The notes: generated by a model not told the origin, from the sequence alone. A stretch of DNA of 61,012 nucleotides, filler included, from Collodictyon triciliatum (GCA_043381765.1; 3 parts of 3 records of this genome joined end to end with filler, not necessarily neighbours in it); one strand, 5' to 3'; shown: positions 10,846 to 28,865, numbered from the whole stretch's first letter. Made by a program: numbers and translations.

Positions 10846-12365
10846 TTATGCAGAATAGGAGTGGACGTTACCATGCATAGACAACAACGAGAAGACAGAG
10901 AAAGTATACAAGAGAATCTGGTTGGTTGGTTGCCATGCGTCGACATCACGCGGGCATATAAGGCCCAAACGAATCTCGTAAGCCAAGGAAAGTATGTCCG
11001 CTGCAATCTCAAACCCCAACTGAATAAGTATCTGATACACACACTCTCGAAAGGATAGAATCAACTGGAATAGCGTCTCTGGGGTGATGGGATGGAGGAA
11101 GTACATTAACAAAGGGGCGAGGAAAAGAGCAAAGATTTCCGAGGCGATGTCATCATATATCTGTCTGGCTCGAAATCTTATGGACATCTCTACGTGTGCA
11201 TTTTCATCAAAGTTAGCGATTCTTGTATCGTGTTTGTGATTTCTCCTATGGGAACGACGGGAAAGATCCTTTTGCGTTGCAGAATTTTTACAAGGTGGCT
11301 ATACTTTTCTTCCAGAACTCCATAAAATCTGTATGTAAATACCATCCTGCGTTTGAAAGTGAGAACTGAAAGATTTTCAAATATCGCCGTCGCGAGGTTC
11401 ACCATGACAAACTGTATGGAAGTGGCACTGCTTGTGGACATGTTGGATATCAGTATCCTCCCCACAAATTGGATGTAATGATTGCAAATTTTATTGGTTA
11501 ATAGTCTTTTGTCAGTGCCATCCTTTGGTAGATTAAAAATTACTCTGAATTGAAACCATCTGGAGAAGGCAAGGCACAATGGAAATACAACAAAACGTAG
11601 GAATAATTGCGTATAAAATGGTGAGACTAAATAAATCCGGAGTAAGAAAAGAATAACAACAAAGACTACAAACACGTAAAATCCTACCAATCTCTTAAAT
11701 AAAGCCATAGGAGTCCCATCCTTTGTTAGTTGGTAGCACTTTTCCCCTTCAGCATCTGTATTTTCGAGCCTTTTTGCATTTCGAACAATAAAAAGGCCAA
11801 AGCCAAGAAAGAAAAGGCTGCAAAAATTTATTACGTGTGACACAAACCAAAGAGCTTTGACACTTGGCAAAAGATACATTAGTGTATTGATGATATAAGC
11901 AGGGACCAACGCAAACATGATGGCATACTTTGCATATTGGAAACTGAATATATGAATACCAACAATCCCCACGGAGACCCAAAATGACAACATCAATAAA
12001 ATGTTTAAAGTGTCCTCATAGATAATGCTATTGACCATATCCAACATCGTTTGTGGTAAAATTATGCCGGGTATGTAATAGAACCATATAGTCAGGATGT
12101 TCGCCGCAAGGACAAAAGACATTTTCAAAAATACTTTCCACCAAACTGTAGCGGCTGAAATAAATGCCCTTGTGTAACTTAATGTCTGGCTCGTGCCACC
12201 AACCTCCAAAGGATGCTTGCTGTCTGCATTCGGGCTGCCTACCATTAGCTCTGGGGGCTCATTCTCTTTGCCTTCTGTATCAGCCCGCTCGATCATATGG
12301 TTCTTGGATAGACTAGAAGGTGGGCAAGAAGGCTTTGCAGCAGCCTCAGCATCAGTTTTGTCCAT
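10846..12365 (-). CDS. Multi-pass membrane protein of unknown function (two ORFs joined by a probable 59-nt intron or a frameshift near 11250-11305)
   Basis: 396-aa ORF with many hydrophobic helices followed immediately by a hydrophobic 113-aa ORF in another frame; a GTATAG...CCCATAG intron joins them in frame. Confidence 0.6.
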
Positions 12366-13051
12366 TGTTGCAAACTGCAATCGAAGGTTTGATTGACATA
12401 AAGGAAGTTCTTATTATTCATGATTATCTTTTCCACGTCATGTTCTTTGGAGCGAATAAAGGAAAAATAGTCTTTATCATGCCATGTTCACAGGAATAAT
12501 TTAAACACTCAAGTAATAAGAAAAAAATAGTATCGAAAAGAATAAGCGCGACATGCAAAGAAATAGTGTTTTTAGAAAGAAAAAAAGGAAGTGAAAAAGT
12601 AATTGAACTCTGCTTGATCGAAATGGTGGATGCGCGCTTTTGCATCTCGCATTCGTGTGGTTATGAAAAGGGTAAGCTTAACTCAAATACGCTATCCTCC
12701 CGTTGTCGACTCCGAAATCCACATTTGGGCAAGGGTGATTGCACTCGCAAGAGCCTGTGCTGTGATGTTGCCCTTGAGCAAAGTCCGATTCGATAGGCGA
12801 AGGTAGAAGGACGAAGAAATGAATATTGCAGAATAAGTCGATGGTTAAGGATTCTTATTAGCACTGTTTCATATAAAGCAGCAAAAAAAATAAAACAATT
12901 GTGATTTGGTGAAATCCTCGTAGTGCTATTGTCTTTAAAGGCACTACGCTCTTTGTGACGTTTTATTAGTTTGGGAATGGCCTACTTCTGTAAGCAGGTT
13001 CCGTCATTTTTTTGAGCCAAGAATGAGCAAAGGATGAGACAGATTTTACGT

Positions 13052-16633
<3,582 letters not shown>

Positions 16634-16675
16634 TCTTTCCTGGTTTCCAGCAGCTAAGACTATCGTGAATAAGAC

Positions 16676-16850
16676 AGAAAGAAAAGAAAAGAAAAGAAAA
16701 GAAAAGAAAAGAAAAGAAAAGAAAAGAAAAGAAAAGAAAAGAAAAGAAAAGAAAAGAAAAGAAAAGAAAAGAAAAGGAAAGAAAAAGAAAAGGAAAGGAA
16801 AGAAAAGAAAAGAAAAGAAAAAGAAAAGAAAAAAAAGAAATAAAGAAAAG
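16676..16850. repeat. (AAAAG)n microsatellite upstream of the PTPDC1 start
   Basis: Direct reading. Confidence 0.95.
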
Positions 16851-17745
16851 GCTGAAACGTTCTTGTCTTGGTGGGGTTGTGCACAAATGCAAGTTCACAC
16901 TTTATCGTGCTCGGTCAGAACACTGAGGGGTGGCGCAGGAGACAACAAGGAGAGATGAGTTCACGGAGACTATGCCGAATGAGAGAAGAAAACAATGGGG
17001 CATAAATGGGTTCGTGGAAAGAGATGAACGAAGAAAACGCAAAGTTGGCCGCGTGGCTGACTGCATGGTTGTCCTTTCCTGGTTTTGTTGATCCGTCTTC
17101 TTGCCACTGAAGTAACGATGTGTGGGGATAATAATACCATATAATTATCACGATGACATTTATTTTGCGACGTCATTCCTTTTTAGACTTCAAGAAGTTT
17201 TCGTTCGTATTGGTTACCGGGTTGTCTTATTTTGCTAATCGCACTTTCGTATACTATTGCCTGCATCCATTGGGCCCTTCTCAATATCCTATTGCACAAT
17301 GCTCAGCTCTTGGGGAATGTAATCTGTCGATAGGAATATCTTTTTTTGACGTCTCATTTTAATGGCTTGCCTCCAGCTTTTATTATCTGGGATTCGTTTC
17401 GGGAATACCTTTTCTGTAAAATAAATCAGGCAATTGAATATTGCCAGCGTTTGCCATGCATTTAGGGCTGTGTACCTTCTATCAAAAAAAAAAAAAAAAA
17501 AAAAAAACACACAAACACAAACACAGTTTTTTTACATTGATAATCATGGGCACAGGTTCGCATACCCCTCGTTTATAATATGGATTTATATACAGTTAGA
17601 AGCCCTTATTTGATAAATCGAGTAAATCCAAAATCAGGAGATTGATGTATCGTCATTTTCCTTTCCTTATTTTTTTTTCCAAAGAAAAATCTTGAGTTCA
17701 ATCACGTAATTGCAGTACATAACAGTGCGCAGTTTTGGTTTATTT

Positions 17746-20700
17746 TTAACCCCACTTTGTTGATTCCATATTGCGGTCGGTTGTTTCGTGCCGGCTTCCT
17801 TCTCCAGTGAGCTGAAGTACAGTCTCTCTGTTCTCGAGCGCATTGCCAACCACGAATTTGTAGGTTGCGCGGTATCGAAAAACAGATGACGGTTGAAATA
17901 GAATCTGGATGGAAAAAAAATTAATCGACATTGCATGGCTAAGGTAATCGTTGAATTGTAATTGCTGGCAGGGGATTAAGTTCACAAAGTTCAGCCACTG
18001 CTTCGTGTTCAAACTTCATGCTAAAGTAAAAGAAATGTATATATGAATGATTTCTACCTTGACCGGAGTGGGCTTGGGTCGGATTCCAGTGTGTGCTGGG
18101 AGAGTTCCTTGCATTGTAGAGAAGGTAAACGTCGGCCTTTCGGGATTGTCGCTGCAGTATTCGTAATTATTTTCAAAAATCAATTAAATAGTAAGCGTAA
18201 GAATAAGACTGAAAGAAGCGCAACATAACTAAAACAAAAGGCGAATGGCTAATCATCGATTTTATTTTGGAAAAATATGTGGTATTAATGAGAACAGTTT
18301 TAAAAATAAATACTGGGAACAAAGTAATGAGATAGTTTGCCCTTATATTTTACATATAAAAATAATATACAATTGGATAAATGTAAAAGATAATCTTTAA
18401 GTTTGGTTGTTTATTTGTGGGATGTGGTAAGATGAATTCATTTAATAGAAATAATATTGAAGTAACACCCCTCGAATATATTTGGAGCATGAAAATTGAA
18501 TTGCTCACTTGGACGAGGTTTCCACAGGAATCAAAGCCCATTTAGCATCAGCATACCCGTAATTTACAAGGTTGATGGCTGCATCTGAGACACAATCAAC
18601 ATGTATTGTACCAAAGTCCCATTTCGTTGGTGACACGACGAGGAAAGGGAAGGTAAGCTTGGCACGAAGCGGGAAATTCTGTGGCATGAAAGAATGAGAT
18701 GTATGGTTCAGCCGTGCATAGCCAAAGCAAAAACTTGTAAATTCATGTAATATAAATATATAGCATTCTCCAATAGTAAGCGAAACGGGTAGAAAAACAA
18801 ATATATATACGGAAAGGACATGTTGATTATGTAATATCAATTAGGTTGCAAGGGTAGGACATCCTTCCATTTAGATAATATCACGAAACCTGTTTTTGCC
18901 CGTTCTGGTAAGTGACATGTAGTACACCTTCAACTTGATATGCGTCTCGTCCTTCGACTTTGCAATTCCCTTTAGGGATGGAAGATGGGGATGCATATGC
19001 AATTTCCACTCTAATACTCTCTCTTGGTTGTAAAGCATTTTTTATTTCTCCGTTTCCATCGCTAATAAAATAAAAATTTTGGAAGTGAGAAAACAAACAA
19101 TTAAAGAGAAAAAAATTACTTAGAAAGGCAAATGAAATAGTTATACATGCTGAAAGTAGAATAAAGTCTTGACTCACACTTTCGTTTTGAATGACCCTGT
19201 TTCTGATAACCGTGTCATTCTGGTAATAGAAAACGGAGATTGAATCCTACATTGGAAATGTTGGACTGCTGGCGAGTGGTTCGAGATGATAACACTTTTT
19301 TCAACGTTTGCGCCAGGTGTGTATGAACTTTCGAACATGACAATGTCTTCAGATTCATTCATACTCAGCCTAAAGCAACAGAATGAATAATATGCCAGTT
19401 AAACTAATAAAGTTATGAAGAAGAACAGTAACCTCAACATGTAAACTATGGATCAAGAGGTGGGAAAATATGGGTGTTGGACGACCGAAAGCTCTTACCC
19501 TGCGTCCGACGCAACTGCGTTTAGATCAATGTCCATAGATGGTTCAATATGATGTGCTGCAAAGTTGCCCGTAGGTAACTTTACTTGACCATTAAGCATA
19601 CGAATGTCTCCATGAAGAGGAACAGTATGAATGCCTTCCTTTTCGGCCTGGAATGTCAGAGTGAAAGTGGCCACGGAAAGGGGCGGTATAGAACTAATGA
19701 CAGGCGAGATTGTGAATGGGACTTGTCCTTTGTATGATACTTGAGCTGGTAAACTGGCCTGCGAGTTGCTATTCATTGCTTTGGATGACTCATTCTCTTC
19801 TCTAGCAGAATCACTGTAAGGGGGAGTAGACCACTTGACCTCCATGTTCACAGAGCCACGATTCACGACCTTTAATTGTCTAGTAACTAATGAACAGAGA
19901 TAAATAGAAATTAAATGAAAAGAAATATGTTTCGTTCATTTCAAGGAAACCGAACCAAGAGAATCGTTTACCATTAGTTTTCATACAACTTATTTCTTTT
20001 TTCTTTTTTTTTAAAGAGCAAATAAGACAAAGAAGCAAATCGGTATGAGATGGAAAAATAAATATATCAAACTTGAATCTCCGTTAGTGAGGGTGGAACC
20101 AAAGTGCAGTTGTGGTGGGTGCATTCTTGCTCTCAATCCGAGTGTGTTGGACAGGATGTATACAGGATTTCCAGTGACTGTGACTCGAATCGGGACTCTG
20201 GTTGTGGGGAAATCTTTGATACGGCAGATGATATTGTCAAAATATGTTCCATATACATCACCATGGCAAGTGACAAAGATTTCCATCACCGAGTAAGGTT
20301 CAATCGTTCCATACTGCTGTGAAAACGTAAAGGCAACTCCCTGTATAGACACGTTTATTTTCTGAGAAAAGGCTTCCCTTTCAATTCAAATACTTCATTG
20401 CATTCAATATATGTGGGTTATATTCCAATAAGTGGATTACGTATTGATTCGTAGAAAATTCGTGGGGATTCATTAAGTCATCGTAGCTAATGATGAAAGG
20501 GGAATCCTTGGTATCTTTTTTGGATTTTGACAAGGCCCAGAATTTGAAAGACCTTACATATGTTCACCAAAAAAAAAAAAAGATTAATTATTTAATTGTG
20601 ACACTTGAAAATATTATATGAAATTATCATGAGCACATAAATGCTCATACATAAAGTTTTTTTCATTTATAGAATTTCCTATGCTTACTTTGTTGTTGCC

Positions 20701-23700
20701 TGGTCTGTATCTTTTTCTTTAAAACTAGGCTGTTCTTTAAAGAATTCCATATGAAGTTTGAAAGTGATTGGGACTGCCGCATGGTTTTTAATCACAAAGC
20801 TCTTTGTGGCTTTACTGAATAGTGGGAATGAATCACCAAAGTCGATTGTAGGTACAGATATCCCTGATGCATCATCTTCGGGTGAGATGGTCTGAGCAGT
20901 GTTTGGTCGGTGACTCCATTCTGTAAGTCTTTCTTCATTCACGAAATTATCCGGGGATAGGTTGGTCTGAATATTAATGGTATTAAAATAAAAGGCTGAA
21001 AGTAGATATATTGAAATGAACGGAATTGAACAATAGTAAAGCGGAAAATAAAAAATCTGATCATTCTATTGATTAGTAATCAGATCTCCCCAATGTAAAA
21101 ATAAAATAAAAATACGGAATATATACCAGGAAAGTTCAAAGTCAATCAAAACAAACAAATTGAAAGAAATAAAAATAATAATAAAAAAAGAATCAATCAA
21201 GGCAGTATACCGATTCGGCCAACATTTCATCTTTTGAACGATGGCTAAAAATTTCAGGAGTCTCAACTCCTTCGCTCTCCTCAGCATCTAGGCGAATTAA
21301 AAAAAAAAAAAGGCATGATGCTGTTGTCTTTGGCTAATCATTTATTACTTGTAAATAGCAATGTGTTTTGTAAAAATTAAAGTGGCAATAACAATAATCA
21401 TGATTAGAAAGGCACATATATATATATATGTGTGTGTGTGTTCAATTTTCTTGTAGAATACATTCATGCATAGGAATAATTAATATGAATACTTTTGGTT
21501 TCTAGTCTAGGATCTGAATCTGTATGAAGATTTTCAATGGCTTCCACAATGGAAGTGTTTTGGGTGGATTCATCAGGAAGACAAAAAGATACTCGAAGTC
21601 CGTGAACGATAGATTTGACAGAAAATCCAATTGGTTCTAACATTCCCTCAAGAGTTCCAAGAAGAAACCTTTCTACGTTTCCGATGGCTTGGGATACGAA
21701 TGATATATCAAGAGCCAATTCTTGCCTGGGTTAATGTAAAGGCAAAGTTCGTTGATATTGATCAGATATATCTCATCAGGAAACAAAACGAAATGAAAAA
21801 TATTTAGGGAAAAGGGACAAAGGAGAAAGAAAAAAGGAAAATAGAAAAGAAAAATCAATGGAGTGCTTTTATTTCTCTTTGAATTAAAGGGGAATGTGAT
21901 ATAAAAACCTGGCCTCTAAAACACCCTCAAACTTTGATAATGTAATTATGTCATCCTCGTAGTAAAGACTCTTTTCATCGAGGTCAAAGAAATGCCATCT
22001 AATCATAATTATTTCAGAAGAGTGTGAGGATGGGCTTCGATAATCTCGAATTTGAAGAGGACATCCCCAATTCAATCAATCATGAACAACACTATTCAGC
22101 ATACAACTTACTTAAATGCACAGTTAAGTCTGGTCTCATTCTTTATTATAATTTGCTTGTGGACCTGTTGGTTGAAGGAATATTTAACACCGTTTGATTT
22201 TGATGTCATGAAATAAGTTTCATATTGCTTTACCATTTCATATCTCTCGAACAATTACATTTTATATTCAATGTTTAATGATCTTTTTAAAAGAAGAAGA
22301 AGAAGAAAAAGAAAAAAAGAAAAAAAGAAAAAGAAAAAGAAAAAGAAAAAGAAAAGAAGGAAACCTGCTGCCCTATGTAAGTCACTCCAAAGTTACATTC
22401 GTACTCACTCAGGGACACGCGTGGGAACTCAGCCTGTCGATGTGAGAGAGTTAGAGATGATCAAGAACGAAAGAAAAGAAAGAAAAGAAAAAATAACTCA
22501 TGTATTAATACGAGATACAGCATTAATGGGAAAACAAGAAAGGCGTATAGGAAACGTAAATTAAACTAATATCAAATGTACCTCTCCTTGGACTGAGAGG
22601 TATTTCGGGCAGTCATTATCCACTGCAATCTCAAGAATTTCTCTCCAAAAAAACTCTTGCATAGGCTTGAATCGAATTATAATATCCTAAGAAATCAAAT
22701 TTCTTCTTAGGTCCCGTCTAAGTTCAAAGATGTATAAAGAAAATACCAAAAATACACTTGCAAATAATCTCACTTGCGTAGAATACGGTTCAATGATATC
22801 ATCATTCATCTCTACAGAAAAAGGAATCAGTTGATCATTTGATTCGCTCTTTGCATCTAAAAAGCTTGCTGAAAAGTGAGCGGGCGTTTCTGAACAGTTT
22901 TCCAAAACGACACGTAGTTCGTTTTCCAGTCCACACCTAAAAAAAACCCCCCATGTATTTGGTACTCATTCATTATTCTTGCTCGATTTTCTTTTCTTTT
23001 CTTTTGAACTTCTACAAGGAAGGACGTAATTGAAAGGAAAATTAAAGCAAAATGTATGTATAATTGATTGCACTACCTAATTAGCCCGAAATCAAGGCCT
23101 GGTTGGTGAACGAGCACTTTAGGTCCTCCAACGTTGGCCTCGATTGGAAGGATGATATCCGGACTATGCCCAAAAGAACATGATATTTCACGTCGGATGG
23201 GGGATATGATGTGAGGTGAAACAGTCACTTCAAATGGCTCCTCTGATTGAGGTTGGATAACACCCCTAGGAGGGTTCACTACGACCTGCTTTGTATCCTC
23301 CGTCTGCGAAACGTGCCATTCAAAATCAATAGGAGCATCACTACGGTTTTTTAGACTGAATTTCTTTGTGTAAGTCTGACCAATCAACAAGGTTCCTGGG
23401 AAGGTTATGAGACATGGGTCTATGTGGACCTAAAATTAAAAAAAATATTCACATAAATCGACCGTTCCAGAGCCCGAAGAATAAGAAACTAAAAAATAAA
23501 AATAAATCTATGAGGATGAATCCAAAAAATAAAATAAAAAAATAAAAGCAAAAATAAAAAAAAGGTAGATAGAGATGAAATCGATTGAATGCTTTTGTAT
23601 CAATTTACTCAATATTACATCTGTTGTTATCCCCTTCCCATCCAGTTTGACTTGCAATCCAGTGAAGCTTTCAGATACACTTGTGACCACCCCTGAACCA

Positions 23701-24712
23701 ACATTTTCTGAGGTGTCTTGTTTTGTCTTTTTATCTGAATAGAATGCAGCAGATAATGATGGGACGCTATCTACTACCAGTTTCGACATCTGCTCATATA
23801 ACCCAACCCCACGTGGTTGGTAATCGAACGCAAATTCTACCATCTCGTGAGCACTGATTGCGCCAGATGAAGGGGAAACGAAGAAAACAGCATCCTAATT
23901 GTGATTAATATATATATAAAGACGGAATAGGAAGAGCGTTAAAGTTCAATGACAAAAGTATTGTTTAATTCACATTTATGTATTTTTCTTTTCTCGGTAT
24001 TTCAACAACACTAACAAATTTTGAATAATAATGGATTTTTGATGAAAAGAAAACGTTAATTTTAAATAGTATGGTTTTTAATCCAGAGGGTACACGATAG
24101 CCTATGTTGCTTAATAATTGGTTATGTTTTCGGGAGGATATTGGGGGAAACCTTCTCTGAGACGAGTTCCTCTGCCGGAGGTGACAGAGGAGGAAGAATA
24201 CCAGGTAGAAATGACAGGTTGGGTTTGATAAAGGGAATGTAATATGTCTCCCAGTGGTAAGGTAAATCAACACCTACACGAAAGGCTTGTTAATCGAAAA
24301 GAAGCATCAGCTGTAACTATTTTGCAGGGTTTTTTTTATGGTTTTGAGAGAAATCAATACAGGAAAAGGTTAATGTGCAAACATTCAAGTCTTTATTAAA
24401 CGGTTTTAAAAAAGAAAACCTTTATAACCCAGCAAACAATAACAATAAAGAATTACATACCAGTCACATTTTTGACACGTATCTTTTTCCTATGAACAGA
24501 GCCTGGGCTGTGGTCTCCAAATGATATTTGGCCTGCATGAGACTGGCTCTACGAAACAAGTTTGTATTCATATTGTTGATTTCACGATTGAGTAATCTCA
24601 TCATACATTACTCTCAAGTTTGTATTAGATTTTTACTTTGCCTACAGGATATCCTTCAACGTCATATATCTCAACTGCTGGGACACAACCATGGCCAGAG
24701 AGAGAAAAATAT
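17746..24712 (-). CDS. DLEC1: DLEC1/CFAP81-like ciliary protein with ASH/Ig-like repeats; multi-exon; 5' end cut off at the contig linker
   Basis: Exons such as KFSLKNRSDAPIDFEW...VNPPRGVI...GPKVLVHQPGLDFGLIR, GVAFTFSQQYGTIEPY...GDVYGTYFDNIICRI...VTGNP, WDFGTIHV and C-terminal LQLTGEGSRHE match the DLEC1 architecture. Confidence 0.8.
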
Positions 24713-24769
24713 CTAAAGTTGGTTCGTTAAGTAAACAAGGCTACGGAAGTAATGATACAATACAGAGAG

Positions 24770-24925
24770 AAAGAGAAACAGAAACAGAAACAGAAAGAGA
24801 AACAGAAACAGAAACAGAAACAGAAACAGAAACAGAAACAGAAACAGAAACAGAAACAGAAACAGAAACAGAAACAGAAACAGAAACAGAAACAGAAAGA
24901 GAAACAGAAAGAGAAACAGAAAAAG
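24770..24925. repeat. (GAAACA)n microsatellite at a contig end
   Basis: Direct reading. Confidence 0.95.
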
Positions 24926-25025
24926 NNNNNNNNNNNNNNNNNNNNNNNNNNNNNNNNNNNNNNNNNNNNTTAATTAATTAANNNNNNNNNNNNNNNNNNN
25001 NNNNNNNNNNNNNNNNNNNNNNNNN
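24926..25025. other. Artificial contig linker: 44 N + TTAATTAATTAA + 44 N
   Basis: Palindromic six-frame stop 12-mer at 24970-24981 inside a 100-nt spacer; identical linker at 49901-50000. Confidence 0.95.
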
Positions 25026-25175
25026 AAAAAGAAAAAGAAAAAGAAAAAGAAAAGAAAAAGAAAAGAAAAAGAAAAAGAAAAAGAAAAAGAAAAAGAAAAA
25101 GAAAAAGAAAAAGAAATAGAAATAGAAATAGAAATAGAAATAGAAATAGAAATAGAAAAGGAAAAAGAAAAAGAG
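25026..25175. repeat. (GAAAAA)n/(GAAATA)n microsatellite
   Basis: Direct reading. Confidence 0.93.
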
Positions 25176-25341
25176 GGAGAAGGACATAAATAGGGACAGA
25201 ACCTACCACCAAGGAGATTCCATCCTTTTCTGTTATTTGCATTATTTTTGAAGCAGTGCGACTCGGTATTTTAACTGCCAGGGAGCTCCGAGTAGAAATC
25301 TGGCGTTTAAATCTTCTCATGACTTCATTAAACTCGCAAAG

Positions 25342-28300
25342 ATGTGCAGTCTTCGCGGACTATGGATTATGGGACACGATGGCCATGTTGTCTTCTCCAG
25401 GTCGGGAGACCGAGCCTACTCCATAATCAAAATATACAACAATAATAAATATCATTCCAAATCATCACAATAATTTTTTTTATTGCTTTCTTTTAAAAGA
25501 AAGAACACATGCATTAATCTTCGTATAAATGAAAGTCTACATCCCAACGCTATAACCTCCTAATTTAGACATAAGGACATAAGGAAAAGGAAAAGTAAAA
25601 ATGATCAATTACAGGCGATACCCAACTGTAGAGAAGCGCTTCTGCTCTCGAGCAAAAGATGCATTGCCTCTCCCGCCTGACACAAAGATAGCTCAGGCTG
25701 CCATCACAGAAATCTTTCACGGGAATACAGACCCTACACTTGAGAAACCAGACTCGGCTGTTGATGTATTTGGGCCTTAATTCTACATTTCATATTTAAT
25801 GGGGAAAAACTTATACTCTTAGTGATAATTTTTTTTTTACTAAACATAACATTGTAAAATACCTAATTTCATGACGATTGTGAATACATATGCAATTCAG
25901 GTTGAAGCTATGTTAGAAAATACAGAAACAATCATACTGGACTTACCATACATTCGGGCCCCTGTATATTCATTATTGGAGGGGAAGTTATGGCCTGTAG
26001 TGATTGTAAAGAAACAGGTATTAAATCCCATAACGAAGGAATTTTTTTTTGCAGGCCCCTTTCGTCAAAAATGAATAAATTTTTTTTTTGTTTCTCCAAC
26101 CTGCACAAAATTGAAAGGAAGAATAAAAAAATGTGTTTCTCTAAAACGGGTTCTTTAAAAATCAAAATAATAATAGTATCGAAGCGTTACCAGGAGAATT
26201 ATCAAAACAAATAGAAATATACCAATTGATATTTAAATATCATATTTAGACGTGGTTATACCTAGCAATACCAGAAGTCAGAGAATTCGGCGCCAACCAC
26301 AGCAGGGACCATAATCAGTATATAATTTTTTTTGGTTGCTTACGTCTTCGATGATATAATTCTCTGTTGAATAAAGTTTTGTAAAATGGTAAAATACTTC
26401 ATAAATGAAGGCCTTTCATCACCGCCACAATCGGGTTTCTTGAAGTATTCAGCGATCTTGCTCAGCCTCTAATTGAAAAAAAGGTAACAACATTCCCATG
26501 AGGTATATAGAGATAAATTATATAAATTTGTCTACTAAAGCACACAATTATAGGATGCACAAAGTACTGCAGAGTTGACGTCCTTTTTAAATTCCATGGC
26601 ACCCTTTGGTACACCGATGGAAACAAGTATTAATCAAATACAATCGATTATGAAGACTTCATATCCAGAGGGAAAATTGTCACTTGGTGCCCAGGAGAAA
26701 GTAATAAATTATCAATTCAGTGGGATGGTCTACCTGTTCATCATTATAATATGATGCACAAATACACATCCATATATCCTATATGTATGCATATCCCTTT
26801 TTCAAATAATCACTACATACAGCAACCGTCCTGGAAGCCAATCCTCCATAAAGGAAGACCAAAGTAGATTCCATTTTTATTTTAGTTTTATAGTTTTTTT
26901 TTATTAATAATGTATGAATAAATATGTTTAAACAATAATAATGTTTTCATTTTTCTATCTTTTAGGATCGATTTTACCATCCGCGAAGAAATACGTGCTT
27001 GTCTATATGGTGTTACTGGAAAGAGCGATTTATTAGATGTTCAGGGAATCGTTTTTTGCAAGGTTCTTTTTTCCTTAGACCATTTTATTGAACAAAGTCA
27101 TTCTTATTTTCCTTCGTTATTTGTTCATTCCAGGCTGAAATCGAGGGACTCCCTGATATTACGCTGTCTCTTAGCTCTCCGAATACAATCACATCGATTA
27201 CTGTTCACAGAACGTATTCATTTATCTATGTGCATAAAAAACATAGATGATATTTAAGACATTTATAATATACATAAATGAACATAACCTAAAACACAAG
27301 TGACACATAGCGTTCAGTTTCCGGACAGTATAACAAATCCTGTGTTGTGTTTCTCCCCACCATTGACACCTTTTCAACTTTGCCGCTATTCAGTTGCGAC
27401 AAAAGCGAAAAAGTTCCCCATATATGTTTCGTATCAAATGAGGGTAAACATAAATCGATGGGTTATATCTGTGTAAACTTGCCAATTTTTCTAGATAATA
27501 TTTCGCGGACGCGAATAGCCAATCATATTATGAAATCTGAAACCATAAATTGTTATCTGCAGCTTCATAATTTCAATACACTATGCATAGGAGCTATCCC
27601 CATTATCCGTGAGGGTTTCTTTGACAGTGCAATTGGATGAGAGTTTACATGGAGGTTTGCAGTATTGCGACGTGATTGTGCCGTTCTTTACTAGGTTAAA
27701 TATATTCTTTTATTCTTTTACACGTCCTTTCGGTGCACATTTAAGTTTATATACTGCAAAGGGCTGCTAAGCATAGGTAAGAATGATTATTTTGAACAGA
27801 AATGATTTTCTTCATTAGAACACCTGTTTCTCGAATCGAAGGAAATCCAACGATAGGAGTATCCCGTTTCTTAAGTAACAGATACGGAATGTTATGGGAA
27901 ATAGGTATCACAATAACGCGCACAAACAAAAGTTTTTTTTTAATTCAGTACAGAGTCATGTTATAGCTTGAGCCGATGTAATGTATGATTGATATGCTCG
28001 GCAAAACAGGAGAGCAAATCCCTGTACGAGGTCGAGAAACATCCGCTGTATTCATTGTGCACTTTGAGGCAACTGGAAAACCGCACTCTGTCGACCCATT
28101 CATAACAGGGCCAAATAGCTATGCAGAGGCAAGAAACTTCTATCTCAACACGGCACTCTTTGTTCAGTTTGCGTATTATCATACTCCAATTGAAAATAAA
28201 CGCCAAATTTACTTATGCAGAATTCATTCTTATACAAACAAATATAGGTTCGGCTTAAGACAAAAAGCACTTTTAGTGGGATGAATATCGACCCAAAACA

Positions 28301-28442
28301 AGTTCAAATATATCCGGCTGTCAACCCAGCCACCAACATTGAGTGCGAGCTGATAACCTCCCAGTATATTGTGTGGAACTCTCTTGGAGATTCGATTTCT
28401 GCCTACACGCCGCCCACACTGGAGGGTGTTTTTGCCTCATGA
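25342..28442 (+). CDS. AP5M1: AP-5 complex subunit mu (MUDENG), multi-exon
   Basis: First exons MCSLRGLWIMGHDGHVVFS/RRYPTVEKR, internal LWPVV, MAPFGTP and AEIEGLPDITLSL, last exon ...YIVWNSLG...-TGA at 28440-28442. Confidence 0.87.
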
Positions 28443-28865
28443 CTTGAGGATTTTCTTGAGGTTAAAAAAAAAACCTGGGTTAAATACCACCAAAATCTTA
28501 AAGCCATCAGAAGACAAACGAGAAAAGGCAGACACGCTATCATACTATATGTGGAATATTATTATAATAATTTATTGATTTGCAATTTATGAATTAATTA
28601 TCTAAAAAAGGCAAATTATTGCACTATAATGTATATACATACGTCAGTGAGATATAATTTTTATTTGCTTCCAATAACAGGTTTCCGTTAGCACCCGTTT
28701 GGAGTTGGGCTAATATGTCGTCCACGCACATACACCATGTTTCAATCCAACACTTCAAAAAAGAAGAGTCTGCCGTACCTGCACGCACGATCAAGAAAGG
28801 AGCCAAGCGAGCCGAAAAACCATCTCAAGAAGGCGCCAACCACTGAAAGACAAGGAGAAAAAAAG

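Noticed and set aside
24549-24641. Apparent GC-AG intron in DLEC1
   Set aside because: A canonical GTAAAA...TTCGTAG intron gives an in-frame join (YPVGK/SQSHAGQISF)
25203-25320. Possible minus-strand first exon with its ATG only 21 bp from the AP5M1 ATG (DLEC1 exon 1?)
   Set aside because: No recognisable homology, and the connection to DLEC1 crosses an artificial linker
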